DNA of 64,000 nt from Ascidiella aspersa (Eukaryota), in the NCBI GenBank assembly GCA_963924565.1, contig OZ004613.1, positions 9,548,001-9,612,000 of the forward strand, written 5' to 3'. Below, in pieces: positions 23,659 through 38,600 of the stretch (position 1 is its first letter; each line of letters opens with the position of its first letter). Made by a program: the position numbers and the translations under genes. The notes beneath the pieces are model-generated. The model had not been told where the DNA came from. It saw nothing but the letters and a program-made list of their open reading frames with translations, and did no database searches.

Positions 23659-26600
23659 GGCACGTTTTTGACCGCGGCTCCACATCCTGATTTCGCGCCA
23701 CTTGAAAAGCTCGTTGCAACCGAAGCAGGGAATGCACCAGGCCACCATCAGCACCCAAACCGCCACCTTTGCAAAGAAAAAAACATTAATATTCAGATTT
23801 TGTTAGAATAAGCATCTGTGTTAAAGAGAAACGTTTAAAAATTTTTTTTTTAATTGTTAGGAACATATTTTTTTGTTTTTAAAACATGCGCGGGTCATAT
23901 GAATTTTTAATATTATTAATATATACATATAGTTTGGAGGGAGCATACAATCTTTATAATGGAAAAGAAAACATTTACACATTTTAAACCACAATTATAG
24001 TGCGCCGTAAAGGCAATGCTAGACTTGGGAAGCTATCAAATTTATGACTTCCCCAAAACCGTAAGCAATTAGGGCTTATTTTAATAACGATTTAGGCCAC
24101 TCTTGTAATTGTGCCAGCAGCATTTAAGGATTATAGCTGTAAAGGTATAAAGGAAACAGTATATATAGGTTCGAGCCACGTGTTGTGTTTTTTTCTGGTT
24201 TTAAGCCCATTTAGGGCCATTTAGATCTTACTCCGACAGGTTAAGTTCTTATTACGACCAGTTTGTCTATCACTTCGTTGGTTTATTACTATGGTATAGA
24301 CTAGAGAATTTCGATTTCGATATAGTTTTTTATTGGTCTTTTTGCGTTTGCACTGCAAGTCGAAAAAGCGTCATTGTGGTAAGGCAATCGGTTTTCCGGC
24401 AAATTAGGGCGGGCGCATCGAAAAACGGCAAATTCGTACCTTGGAGAGAACTCTATGGATTATTTGCCGTTTTTAAAATAGGATCGGCACCGATACCACC
24501 CTAGTATCGGACGAGTAGCGATACTAGCACTTGGCATCGGGTATCGACTCTGATCTCGGGTATCGACTCTGATCTAATTAAAACATAAAAAATGGAATAT
24601 TAAACCTATATTCAGTTTGCAAACCACTAAAGGATAACAGTTAAAATGTAAAAATGAGAAATAATTTGCTTTACAATTTTTTCGCTTGAAAGACTTAACC
24701 GGATTCTGCATAAATAAATGCCCTTGCGAGCTATGCGAATTTTATACACGTAACTTTTGTCCGATAATATCGGATCGGGGACAATACCCGATGCCAAGTG
24801 GTAGTATCGACACTCTTCGGATAGTAAGGTGGTATCGGTGCCGATCCGATACTAAATTAATATGGGTATTTTCGCCATGATTTGTCACCCAATGCAACAA
24901 TTTCAACCCCAAAGGGTATATTCTTTAAAAAAGTGGGTAAAAAATTGATGGTAATTAAACTTCTTGAAACTACAGCTAATTTAGTGCTAATAACATGAGA
25001 GAAAAAATCTTTAAACGTGATAATTTAAACTATTGTGTTTGTTTGAGTATAGTTATGATGTCACTGTTTTCGAGGCGCGGTACTAATGTCTAAAATATCG
25101 GGTATCGGTGCCGAATTGAAATGTCAAGTATCGGGAATCCCTACACGCAACACTCTTAAAAGTCTATTTATGAAGAGTAGTCAATGGCACTGGCGTCTTG
25201 TTAATGGCACTGGCGTCTTGAGACTATCGTGTGGCAATTGCCATTTGTGTTGCACGGAGCGTATAGGCCTAAGATAGCACGCAAAGGCACTTGGCTTGAT
25301 TTTAAAGGCCAGAACTCAATACGTTGTTTATCGCAATGAGAGGCGGCCACTTTGAGCCAAAGTAAAAGAAAACAGGCGGCAGCTGAAAAGGCATTTCACG
25401 GTCGAATTGTCGAGGGATTTTAGATTAGGCACGAGCGTACTCAGTGACATCGACACTTAGTCCGAAAAGTAAGACCAAAGCCGTGGATCATTCACAATAT
25501 CACGCCTCAACGCACTTATGCGCAAATCGCCTACTTTAGACGGTTGCAAATTTTACAGGACGTTGATTTTTAGCATTTTGAGGCGAGGGCTTTTCGCACT
25601 TAAAACACAGTTCAACACAAACTGTTAACGGCGTTGTGTTAAGGTAAACTTGATTTTCAATTGAAATACTATTATACGTAAGTGTACTTTACTTATTAGT
25701 TTTTACTTTTTCGAGAGAATATAAACCCAAAATATACAGAACATTGCATCACAAAATATGTTATGTATGGATATTGTGAGCAATCCACCCGCTACGCCAA
25801 AAATGTGATTTTTTTCGTGGCTTGTAGTAATATAGCTACCTGTTTTAATGCTTTAACCCCATGTAAGAGACGAGGTGTTGACTTGTGAACAAACAGACTC
25901 TAAAAACATTTCTAAGGAATGCTTTATAACAAAACTATCACTTTCGCAAAAGTTTTCTAATTTCGAGGTTTTTAAACCCGTTGAGCACCCAGCCATCCTT
26001 TGAGCGCCAAGTACCGCAGAAACAACTACAGGCTACTTTCGAATTGTGTGTTGACTCCTTTGCCTCCAACGGTCGACCGTGCATTACGACTTGTTGAAAA
26101 GACAGCAATAGAGTGATACAAACACTCAAGGCTTGCTTCTAATGCGTTTCCGAGTCAATGCGGCTACTATAGGGCCGCTCCATACGAACGTCATTGCCAT
26201 CCGCTACGGTAGAGCAAGGGCACAAGTGCTGGCTAAAATCATGTCTCTGCTGCAAACAAACTAACTTGGGTTAGAGACACCTTTCGGTCCCTGGAGTAGT
26301 TTAAAGGGCGCACTTGAACGGTGAGTTTTTTTTCGCTGAGATAAATTAATCGTAGCAAAACACCCGACTGAGTGCATCAATAGTACAAAACATCTCTGTT
26401 TGATAGATTTTATTACAAGTATTGTTTTTATAGTTATCTTTAAACTTTTATAGTGTTTCCATAAAAAACCAAATATATGGGGTTCGTCATATAAACTACC
26501 AAATGTCTACGTTACTGCTTTTGAACCCTTTTTCCCGCTGTAAGTTAATTTATTAAAAGCTTTTTATTAAAAAAAATAGTAATGCACAAGAAGAAAAAAA

Positions 26601-29600
26601 CTAATAATTATGTAGGATTTATGCATCAAGACAAGTAGTTGAAAAATACTCATAAAAGTAAAAGTAAGACAAGTTAGCACACAACTAAAAAATAAGCACT
26701 TTTCCTAAAGTTCTTTTCTTTGAGTTTACCTGATAAGGCCCCGATGAAAGATCGGAATTGACGCGCCCGAAGTTTTGTGCTGTTGTACCTTGACCGAACA
26801 CAACAGCAGTTGAGTACAAGCCCTGGGTTGCGATCCTGTTGTGTGAAAAGTAAACGGATGAAGAGAAATGAATACATATAGGTCGGGGAAGGCGAATACG
26901 GTGGATGTTCAGTTCATGGAATCAAATTCTTTACACTGGGGAAAACGGTTTCCATAAAGTTATGTGAAACAACACAGTTGGTTGGGAATAACTTTACAAG
27001 AGGGTATACGGTTTCCAAATAGCTTTAACTTACTCATGTTATATCACTTTGGGCTAGAGAAGATTTTTACTGTATTATGGAATAAAAAAGGCGTCGCTAC
27101 TATTTTAACTGCTATTTGATGTTTATAATTGATTGTTTTTATCGTTTGCTAGAAATAATAGTCGTTCCGCAAAGGAAAGTTTTAAAAAAATAAAAGGATT
27201 GGAAAATATTGCAATTTGTTTTGCGTTTAATGCACTTTAACAACCGACGTATATCTGATTAGTATACAAATCATAAGAACGTCTATTTTTAGTTTTAGTT
27301 TAGGTTTAAAATCGCTTAAGAATTGCAACGACGTCGCGACGTGTGAATAAAAGGCGTTAGTCTTGTTCCAGTAACACCGTTAGTGTTTTTCAAACTTTTA
27401 TTTCTTTCTTTTTTATAAAAAAAAATATGTATTAGATTTCCGACGCACGCACCCAGCGATTGGAATGTTACTCATTTCTATTAATTGGTTTGTTTCTACC
27501 AGAATAACAAAATCAATCGCTTTATTTTCTTGCAACATTGATTTCGTATATCATGTCACGGGATAACAATAATATATTTGTAAGCATTCCATTACTGCAG
27601 TTGAGTTAGATACAAAACCGTGGTGCGACGCGCCGGTCAAACGGCGTGCCAGGGCGTCGCGACGCACAGCATGAAAACCTCTGGCTTACAGTAAAAAACG
27701 AAAACTCACAAATAATATTAATCTCACGTGAAAATAACGGCGAAAATCCAGGCTCTATTAACGAGGGGCGATCGCTGCGATAACAATCTCCAACGGTGAA
27801 CGTATCCAATGGATATTATACCTGTTACATCAGTAAAGTATTACATTAATCAGAAAAGCTGGGTGGATTAAAATGCACGGTTGGTCGCAGTTAGTTTTGT
27901 TTAGGAAGCACATTTGTTTGCCATGGGAATCGCATGCATTAGAAAGAACAGCATGCACTCACTTATTCGGTCGACATACAAGTTAAAGTATTTTTTTTTA
28001 TTATTAACCGTCACTCCGCCAGTTTACACGGCTGAATGTCCGTAACTGTAAAACAGAGGTCACCAACCTTTTCATAAGATAAGAGGCAAATTTTTAAGGA
28101 GTAGCGATGGCAAGCCGGATAACTGTAGACATCGCGGGCCGAATATAATATTCCGCATTGACCTTATTTGATTTAAGTGTTACCAAAAAGGAAGATAAAA
28201 ACATAATTATTAAAATTTATAGCAAGCTTTATGGAGTTGTCGTTCAGTTTAATAAACCAAAGCATAGATGGGAAACAGGGGTATAACTCGATTTTAAAGG
28301 CAGGGAGTTAACATCGCTAGCGGCTTCGTGTACAATTCTTAACATGAGAAAGTGTCAGTAAAACATATTCGGTGCAAGTCATCAGTCAAATTTTTGTCTT
28401 GAGTCAACATGTACTTACATGCCAGATCTTATAATATCCTGCAGCCTAGTTCTTGGATTGCAACAAACTCGGCGCCTTTTGCAAACCGAGACAGCACGCA
28501 TGTGGGTAATTTACCTTTTTTAATTTACACGGATCTTGCTCAAGCTCATGGACACCTGAAAGAAACTCCATGGACCCCAGATTGGAAACCACTGGCCTAA
28601 ATCATCAGATATTGGTGCTAGAAAAGCTAACAGACGCCCTTAAGCTTAATAACATCCCAAGACGATACTAACGAGTTTGGTAGAAAATCACAGGCGTACG
28701 AATTAAAATGACGTCATCACTGGATCAAACAAGTAAACTGATCAAAACGTGCAAGCAGAAATTTTCTCTAAACGTTTAACGCTACAGATAAGTTATGTTT
28801 GACGTATCGAAAACCAGTGATGAAATGAAGAAATAAACGTGGTATCGGGTCTGCACCGATATCATGCGAGTATCGATAACACCACTGGGTATCGGGTATC
28901 GGCCCCGATTGCCTATTATCGGACATCCCTAGAAAGACTCACACGTGTAAAGGACAAACGCGCTCAAGGCGATCTGCTGGGATTCGCGTCTATTGGCACT
29001 CATCCAACGCTGCAGGTCGACGGCGCTCGATCCGCTTTGTTGCGTCAGAGTGAAGTAGGGGTAACACTCGATGGCGCCCAAGTCGCCCCATGTCGACGAT
29101 ATACTGGAAAAAAGATTGTTAAATAAAATACCCGAGGTAAAAAATAAAGATTGGTCGTGTAGAGTGCAGGAATTATTACCGAATAAGAGCTTTTGTGTTT
29201 ACAATAAGTTTGATGACGTTTCTGCTTATGTGAAGAATTATTGTTTATGCGAAGCAACGCTACTCGCACCAAAGTGTTAAATGCTAAATGGCCTGTTCCG
29301 CGATTATATCGGCGGTCAGCAGTTGGATTGTCTGTAGCTATTTAAGACCGCTTTCCGCTTGTAAAAACTGACTTCTTCTTCGTTAATATCTTGTGCTGTT
29401 CGCAACTTTGACATTTGCCACAAGCATCTCCTATATGCTAACTTGTCCGCCTACTATAGTTGGAAACTGGTGTTCGTTCAACAATTACAATTCTAATAAC
29501 CTGTACGTCTTGTGGCGGCTTTAGATTAGCATCTTAAAAAAAAAGTCAGGAGTTCAACAAACTAAACTCGTGCCCCACAGTCGTCTTTAATGCATGTGAT

Positions 29601-32600
29601 TAAGAATAAAGGTACACCTATTTCTAAATAAATACTTGTAATTTATTTATGCTAGGGCAGTTTGTTGTTAATGTATAAAAACTTATAAGTCAGTGTTACT
29701 TTTGGTCAGAATTTGTTAGAATTTTTTTAAGGACGTTTTTAAGGTAGCACTGTCTTAACAGGGAAAAAGAGAATAGATACAGCAAAATTCCGGCAGAAAA
29801 TTGTAATACAACTTACAAACCTATAGATCCTATAAAGTCGTGATTTTGTCTTTTTTTCCAAAAAAAAAATCGATGCAATTACAGCTCTCGCCAATATACA
29901 AATAAAAAAAGTCACATCAATAAAAACGTTTAATAATTTAACAAAAAATCTTACTTTGCGCTTGGCGAAGACAGAGTGACATTTTGTGCAGCGAGTTTCT
30001 AAAAAATAGTAAAATACAATAATGGGTGCAGCAAAGAACATCACGAGTAAAATACTATCACACAAATAAATCGCTAGCCTTAAATTTCTATATATTGACA
30101 GCCTAAGTATAAGAAACAAAGTTTCTATACAAGTGCAAGAATGCATTGGCTAGTGGCTATACAATAAATCTACCGTTTTGGCGCAATGGCACCCCATCTA
30201 TATTTGCTTGGCGGGGTTGGCACGCGGGCCATAGATTGCCAAGGTCTGGTCTAAGGTCTGGTCAAACGGGTAAATAAGTTTTAAAATCACAGAAACACAA
30301 TCCACCCCAACCTTTCGCAACTACATTCAAAAACTGCCTTTATACCTCGTTCTGAAGCTGGGCGCAAGCCGACGAGAGGCCGACGGCGTAGAGAAGCAGC
30401 ACGAGCAGACAGCTGGGCAGGAACTTGAGGCAGAAGTGGGCCACGTTCTGACGCACCAGGTGCCGACGCATCGCCTGGCGCCGCGTGTTCTTCAGCGAGG
30501 CCCACGACATCAGGTCGACGTCGCTGGGTGACGCTAGCAGCGAGAAACTAGAATCGAAACAGGGAAGTGTTTTTTTTTTTTTCAAAAAAATAATAATAAT
30601 ATAAAAAAATTTTTTTTTTTTCTTTTTAAGTCCAGTACAAGTAAGCCCAAATCCCCCGCTGTATTTTAATGCCTCCCAGTTGAATTATCGCTTTGAAACA
30701 TGTGTTTTATCTCGCCTCTTTTTCACATTCGTTTTCTTGTGTCCCTATGTGAATAATAAAAATAATCCGAAACCCTGTTGAACTGTTTGTTTTTGGGGGG
30801 ATTGCATTATACTTTTTTTGAAAAAACAAACTGACTCCGAGCTGTGTTTTTTGTCGAAATGCCCCTGAAACTATATCGCATAATCGTAAAAACCCTGTAA
30901 CTCTCCTGTTTGGAACTGGTGTTGGCTATGATTTGTTAAATTGCTTACTGTTAGAAAACAGGACTCCTTATTGTCACAAGAATAATAAAATTTGACTTTC
31001 TGCGCAAGTGGACAGCGCTCTGTTGAAACCAAGTCCTAAGGCAGATTTTCGTAGGGATTTTAAAGCTTAATGTTAGTCATTTACTCGGCCGGAATTCGCT
31101 CTACTTTTAAGAAGTTAAATTCCATCAGTTGTTAACCTACGATTTTTTGATGAAGATACCTTTAAAAGTAGAAATTGCTGCATTGTGTGAAAAATAACGG
31201 CGAAAAATACCTGCATTAACTTGGTATCGGATCGGCACCGATAACACCCTATTATCGGACAAATACCAATCCCACCACTTGACATCGGGGCTCCGATCCG
31301 ATATTATCGGACATCCATAATTTTCACCTAACTGATAAAATACCAAAAAATCGAAGTTCCTGTTCGCACGCTTCCCATTTATTTCAAACCCAGCCAAGGC
31401 ACCTTTAAGCCAGTGGTTCTTAACCTTTGGTAACCTGTCGAAACCCTATGTTATTCTGCAAGCGTTCATTGAAACCCAAAAATTTCGCTCAGCATTCGTT
31501 TCTTCCTACTAGCAGCTGAAACTGGGCAAATTCAAATTATAAACTTGCATTTATATAGGATAAATTGGCCAACAACCTTCAATTTATAACGTTACGGATA
31601 AATTGGCCAAAAACCTTCAAGTTATAACGTTACGTGACACCTTGGCACATTAAAAGATTCGAATTTGTAGCTTGAAATAACAGTATTTATGTTTCAGAGG
31701 ACGTTCTCGAACCCTCCGAGCCCTGATTAAGAACCACTGTTTCAAGCGATTGGATTTCAGTAGAATACCTCAGCGTCGGGAGAATGACGTAACACAGCCA
31801 CAAGGTGTCGCCAGCGGCGAAGACGGGCGGGAGGTGGGTCACGTGACAAAGGAGCAGGGCAAGAGAAACGCAGCAGAGCGACTTGATGAAGAAAATAAGG
31901 GCGACCTGGACCAGGAACAGGAAGTGACGCGCCTGTTGGACGGAAGCCAAGTAAGTTTGAAAGATGCGAAAGGAAAACAAGTCGTACCGGATTCACAGTT
32001 TGATTTTAAAACCACACTCTTACATGTGAAATTAAGTGGGTATGTGCCCCAAAAAAAGCCGTTTTGCGGGAACACTGGCAGGTAAATCAAGCTACGACAT
32101 GTTAAAAAAAACAGTGGCGTTATGCGATAGAAGTGTTAATATTTTAGGGAAATACTGTAAAGAAATAATTTTTGGTGTGATTAACATTAAGGTTTCTGCT
32201 TCTTAGCCAATCGCGATGTTGTTCAATATGACTTGCTCCCGTTTGCAAAAAATACATGCAAGCGAGTGGAATTACTTTAGAAATTTTAAATTCGCATTTA
32301 CAATCCACGACTGCATCAGCCTACGCCCCACATTTATGTTAGCCCCGATTAAAGCTCGCCTGGATTTATTTCTTTGTTCGGAAAACCAAGAGTTACATGT
32401 CTTCAGGAAAGGACTGCAATGATAGTGGAAAATTACTTTCGGGTATTATAGATACCAACTTGTACAAAATGCCAAATTGAAGTTGCAGACGGCACGGGAA
32501 CCTGGACTAACACGGGCCTTCCGTAAATCTTTGCCCTAGTCTTGTAAGTTGTATGCTCGCCAATAATTGGGGTTTATTATCGGACAAAAAAAAAATATCA

Positions 32601-35600
32601 TGTCACTTATAATTTGTCTACAATTTCGCGTCACGTTTTACCCCAGGAGTGACTACCGAGCCAAACCTAGATAAGAGGTGGACAATCTTTTGCTAGTCGC
32701 GGCCAAAATTAAACTCGGATAGGTCTCTGCCGTCCGGATAAATTTTATCTGGCAATTGTGAATTAAAGTACAATAAATTGACGAAACTGCCATTGCTAAT
32801 AATTGCATTCCAGAGTAGGCATTGCGCCTTTAAGCTAAACAATTTTCACATTTACTTAGAAATAGCCAAACAATATGAAAAATGGCCTATTACCCATAGT
32901 AAAGAAGGGATAATATTAATTGGCGAAACTGCCATTGCTACTAATTGCATTCCAGAGTAGGCATTGCGCCTTTAAGCTAAACAATTTTCACATTTACTTA
33001 GAAATAGCCAAACAATATGAAAAATGGCCTATTACCCATAGTAAAGAAGGGATAATATTAATTGGCGAAACTGCCATTGCTACTAATTGCATTCCAGAGT
33101 AGGCATTGCGCCTTTAAGCTAAACAATCTTCACATTTACTTAGAAATAGCCAAACAATATGAAAAATGGCCTATTACCCATAGTAAAGAAGGGATAATAT
33201 TAATTGGCGAGCCGGATTTGGCCCGCGGCTGTAGGTTGCCCACTCCTGACCTTCATAATACAGTTGTAACGGATTCAAGTCCCACCTGTTTGATCATGTC
33301 GAACACGACGGAAAGGCTTCCGTCGCCAGAGAGCGCCACAGAGCAGGGCAGGGTGTTGAGAATTCGCGAGCAGCTTACTGCGTCACTGTTGCTCTCGTTC
33401 GCACCAAAACCCTACATAAATAAGGTGGTATGTAGAAAAAAAATATATAAAAAAGGCATATCTATATGGAATCCAAAACCATTGGCAGCAGTGCTTGTCG
33501 ATCACTGTTCCGCTGACGCGCATATAAACAATAAAACCAAATTAAAAAAAAACGAGTAAAACCAGGATCAGACGTTTTTTTAAAGAAATATATATTTCGC
33601 CTATGCTGGCCTTAGTTCCTATATGTAAAGTAAAACTGACATTTTATTAATTTTATTAACACTTTTACTTATAAGAACTGAGGCCAGTATCTGATTCTGG
33701 CTTCACTCGGGTTGTTAAACTTTGAGTTTTATTGTTTGGATAAAAACGTCTGGTTTCAACGTTTGTTTGTTTGTTTGTTTAGACAAAAACGTGAACTTGA
33801 GAGTGTAGGCTGCCTACCTTGTCCTGCATGGTTGGAAAAACAAGAAATTCGGGGGGCATCTCAGGTTTGCCTTCTCAACTTGAACTTACCTTCGTTCATG
33901 ATTTTTTTTCCACAGAAATCAAAGGCCAGAAGTTTAAAAATATTACAACGTTATTGCTTTGTAAAGGAAATTACATTATACCAATGCATGTTAAGGTAAG
34001 TGTACAGGGAACACACAATAATACATACGAAGCAACAATAGCTAAAGCAGAATTGGGCTGTTTTGGCGCCAGAATAGTTTTTCCTGTTTGTGGCTAGGGG
34101 TTGACAATGGGTGGGGTTCCAGTTTGGAGAACAGTTGAAATTTTTAGGAAATTTAGTGATAAAGTCGGAGGTAGGTATATCTAAAAGGTTCTTTCTTTAG
34201 GCGGAATTCTTGTCATTTAGGTTGTATGCCGACTGATTTGGGTCTTATTACGATTTAGATGTTATTCCGAACAGTATTTTATCCCGACCTTTATGTTATT
34301 CTAATTGCGGGCTTACTGCTAGAGTCCGGTGTCTACTCACCATCAGCAAACGTGAGCCGCGCGTATCGGCGTTTGGTCGCGTGTAGAAGGAAGTGTTTCG
34401 CTCAATTGGCTTTCCCCTGGTGTTTTCAGGAACCGTAATGGCAGCCGGCCTCACCACAGGTTGGATGGCAACGCTGTAAAGGGAACACACAATAAAACAT
34501 ACGAAGCAACAATATATAAAGCAGAACAAACTGTAATACCATAGTATTGCGACAACATAAAAAGCCAAATACACAGTAATATCCACGACAGAATAAGATC
34601 TATTCTAAATCGTCTAAACAAGATCTAGACCTGCCGGAATAAGCCTTAATTCAACTAAAAAACACCTAAAGCGAAAATAACGCCTGAAACTGTGGGTAGA
34701 GGGTATAGGAAAATCAGGGGGCATCGGTACGGCATCGGCCGCTTTGGTGTCGGCGTTTGGGTGCCCTAGATTGGGCTGTTTTGGCACCGGATTGCCCCAG
34801 TTTGAGGATAGTTATTGATACCTAGCGGGGTTTAGGCTTAAGTAAAATGTTGTATATAGGCCTGATTCTGGCCATTTATGTCTTATTCCGAAGGGTTTAG
34901 GACTTATTCCGATGTATGCGTCATTACAACTACTAGGTATTAGGCCTATTTTGGTCTTATTCCGAACTGTGTTTATTTTCCGACGTTGATGTTGTTTTTA
35001 TTTCGGTCAAAGGATGGAATCCGTGGTAAAATTGCCAATAAGCGATTCAGTTAGGACACTAGACTAGTGGTTTCCAACAGTGTTGCTGGCACCCTAGTCC
35101 ACACTTTTATAACTCGCATGAGTCAGACCACTAGGTGAAAAGGCATGTCCTTCTTACCTTGCATTTGACTGCGCAAATACCGGGAAATTGTCGATGGAGT
35201 CTGCGCTTCCAATACACCCGACCACCTCGCCGTACTTCTGCATGATTCCAATCATCTCGCACACCGCTGCAAACGGCAGTAAGAACATAACACGATTACA
35301 AACATACAAATTCGGCAAAATGTTCACATTTCTAAGCAGATTGTTTCAAATTTGACATGAATGTCCAAGTTTACATCATAAACACGCAGAAGTAAATAAA
35401 GTCAAATGGCCACGCTACCTATTTCACGCTACAAAGTCATTACACTTGAGCTTCGGCCAATCACTAAAACCTAATTGTTACGTCATAAACGCGATTGGAT
35501 CAATAAGGCTTTGTCAGGTTTACCAGAAGCGCGTTTGATGCTGCGAGCAGCTAATATACCCAGTTTTAGTGGGATTTTAAAGTTATGTATTTTTACTTTG

Positions 35601-38600
35601 TTTAACTACACTCCCCATTCAACATACACAGGCATTTAAGAGGTTACTGTATTGAGTAACGCAACCCTTTGATAAACATAAGGGCGAATAAAATAAAATA
35701 ATTGAGAAAATCAGAAGAAACTCTACAAGGATTGCATGACAAGCATCTCAGTAGGGACTAGGGATGTGCGATACTAGACATTTTAATCCGATACGGAACT
35801 CGATATTTTGAACAAAATGTATTGCAATAAGATCCGATGCCAAATTACGTCACCCCTTATGCGGAAACAAGTAAAAAAATGAAATTAAAACGTTTAAAGG
35901 TATTTTTTTCGGTTGTTAGTCCAAATTTGCTTTGGCGTAAAGAAGTAGGTTAGCTGCAGTTTTAAAAATTACTTATAAATGAAACGCTACTTTGGTATCG
36001 TTTTGCATTCCTCAATTAATTTGGTATCGGATCGTCACCGATGACTCGACCGATACGATCACTTGGCATCGGGTATCGACTCCGATACGATATTATCGGC
36101 CATCCCTACATTTTAGTCAATTTACATTGCTTCTTGCAGTCGGTGAACAGTGGGACTAGCAACGGCACGTTGTCCACGTTTTCAATGTGGGGCGCGATGT
36201 TCTCGATTCCGCGGGGAAGTTTGGCCTGAAATCGAACGATAAAATATCTTGGATGCCGATACAAGAAATTGCTCGCACAAATCATCATAAGAGCATGGTT
36301 GGAGGTCACAGTAAGTGTAAACAGAAGTATAGGTAGCATTTTGAACGAATATTTCAACATTTAAAAAATAAATAAAGAGATATTCCAAACGATTAAAATG
36401 CTACCTATCTCTGTATGGCAGAATACTCCAGCAAAGCTAGCAAATCAGGTCAGACACTATAAAAAGATCTTATTTCCAATATCACTTATTTAGTTCAACA
36501 ACTTTTTGTGTGGCCTTAGATATTCTTACTACGTCCAACTAACAATAGGTTCTGACAAAATGATAAAAAAACGCATTAAATTCAACAGAAAATGGAAACA
36601 ACAATAAACACTTTAAGGAAATCTCACTCACCCTGTTAAGAACGTGGAAGGCTGACTCCGATATTGACGACTCGCTTCTTGGCGAGGGGGTGAACTGGTG
36701 ACGTAATAGTTCCATTTCTTGCTCGGCGTCTGCACAACAAAAAACGAAAATATTGTAAAATGGCAAAGAAGTGCCCAGTACACTGTTTCGCCACCAAATT
36801 TACTCGAATCTATTGAAAAAAATATTAGGACTAAAAAGTTTGTTTTAAAACTGAAAAAAAAAAAAAAATCTGACCTTAATAATATTCTGATTTGGTCGGT
36901 TGCGATGGCAGAATCAGCCCGTTGTTAGCATCATTGAAACAGTTCAAATTGGCTTCAATTTAAAAAATCGGAAATGTTTGAAAAAAAGTACACTCGGAAG
37001 ATGGAAATTCTTCGTCATGTGATAAAAAATACATTAAAAGGTCGCCTAAATCGTAATTGCTTCCAATGCACACGCCATACACCAAATGCACACGCCGCCA
37101 TGTACCATTTTACACACAATTTTTTGCCAACAACCTCAACTATTAACACTGACGTAAAGTACCAGCGACGGGCTCGCGAAATATTGCGTACCTGGGTCGT
37201 CGCTGTTTTCTGTAAATGTCCGCTCGTGGCTTGTGCTCGCGTGGGACGGGTGCGCGTTGCAAGACGACAGCGATATGTGGCAGTTCCAACCCACCTCTAT
37301 GCCCATCTTCTCGGCGAAGACCTTGAAGTACAAGTAGGTAAGTCGCGAGCGTCGCCTTTGGTATTTATATGGTGCTGGTCGGCCGAAATTTACTTAAGTT
37401 TTCACCACTACAACTTGATCCTTTCGAATAACAGAAAACCGCCGCACTCTAAATCCGAGTACTCAGTTTGAAACACCGATATTCCCTTCAGATGATCATA
37501 GGAAGTAATCCTTTAACTTAGATAGGACGTAGGTTCGGCAAAGCAGTTATTGCCGGAAACATCGTGATTGTGTGTCCAATAACATCAGATCGGAGTCGAT
37601 ATCCAATAGCAAGTGTTATAGTATTAGTACTCGTCCGATACTAAGATGAGAAAATTCAGACATGGTTTGCGGCCCAATGCAGCGATTATAATGTAAACGG
37701 TGAATTTATCAAAACATATAGTATAGGTTAACAACTGGAGGTAACTTTTTAGCGCTAAAGCAAATTTTGGCCTGATGAAACAAATTGTCCTTAAATGTGT
37801 TAATTTTAAATATTTCGCTTGTTTGAGCATAGTAATGACGTCATTTAGTATAGAATCGCCTCGCAATATAGTCCAAAGTATGGCTATCGGCATCGAAATA
37901 AAATGTCAAGTATCGGAAATCCCTTATTGTAATACAACTCAATCAAAGGCGAGCATTTTCAAGACGAAGCCAATCGCGCATCAAATATTTAAAACTCAAT
38001 ATTCAAACATCAAATATTCAAACATCATATATTCAAGCATAAAGCATCAAACATTCAAACATCAAACATCTAAACGCCATATTTATAAACATCATATCTT
38101 CACGCGACTAATAACTTGCTTCTCACCCTGGCTCTAATCTCGTCCTCAGCTGTAAAGTGGACGAATCGGATGCAAGCCTTCTCCAGCGCCTCCACGAGGT
38201 GGAAGACGGGGAGGCGGCTCTGGTACTGCAGGGAAACCATCCCGAGGAAGATCTGACCCGAAGGTAGTTCTCCTCCGCTGGAAGAGCAAGCAAAACAAGA
38301 GATATTACGAATGGACAACTTTAAGGTTAAGTATGTTATTACAGGGTTGACACAAGGTCTTTGAAACTTTGGAATTGTCGAATGTTCTTAAATTGTTATT
38401 GCCTTGGTCAAAAAAGTCTGTCATTAATAAGTTCTAGTCATTTAAAAAAGGAACATATTTCGCCACAAAATAAGGCATCATCAATGAATCTTATTAATTC
38501 GATTCAAGAGACTGATGATGCCTTATCTGGAGGCAAAATATATTTCACATCAAATGGTAACTCATTAATGAACGACTTGAACTATGACTGATTAGAACTT

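Noticed and set aside
32778-33559. Three repeated ORFs, superficially a repeat protein or CRISPR-like array
   Set aside because: This is a plain 142-bp tandem repeat without unique spacers, inside an intronic MITE on the non-coding strand of TMEM94.
33880-33935. Apparent TMEM94 exon (LAFDFCGKK) needing a non-AG acceptor
   Set aside because: The canonical exon 34473-34341 (SVAIQP...) supplies this part of the protein.
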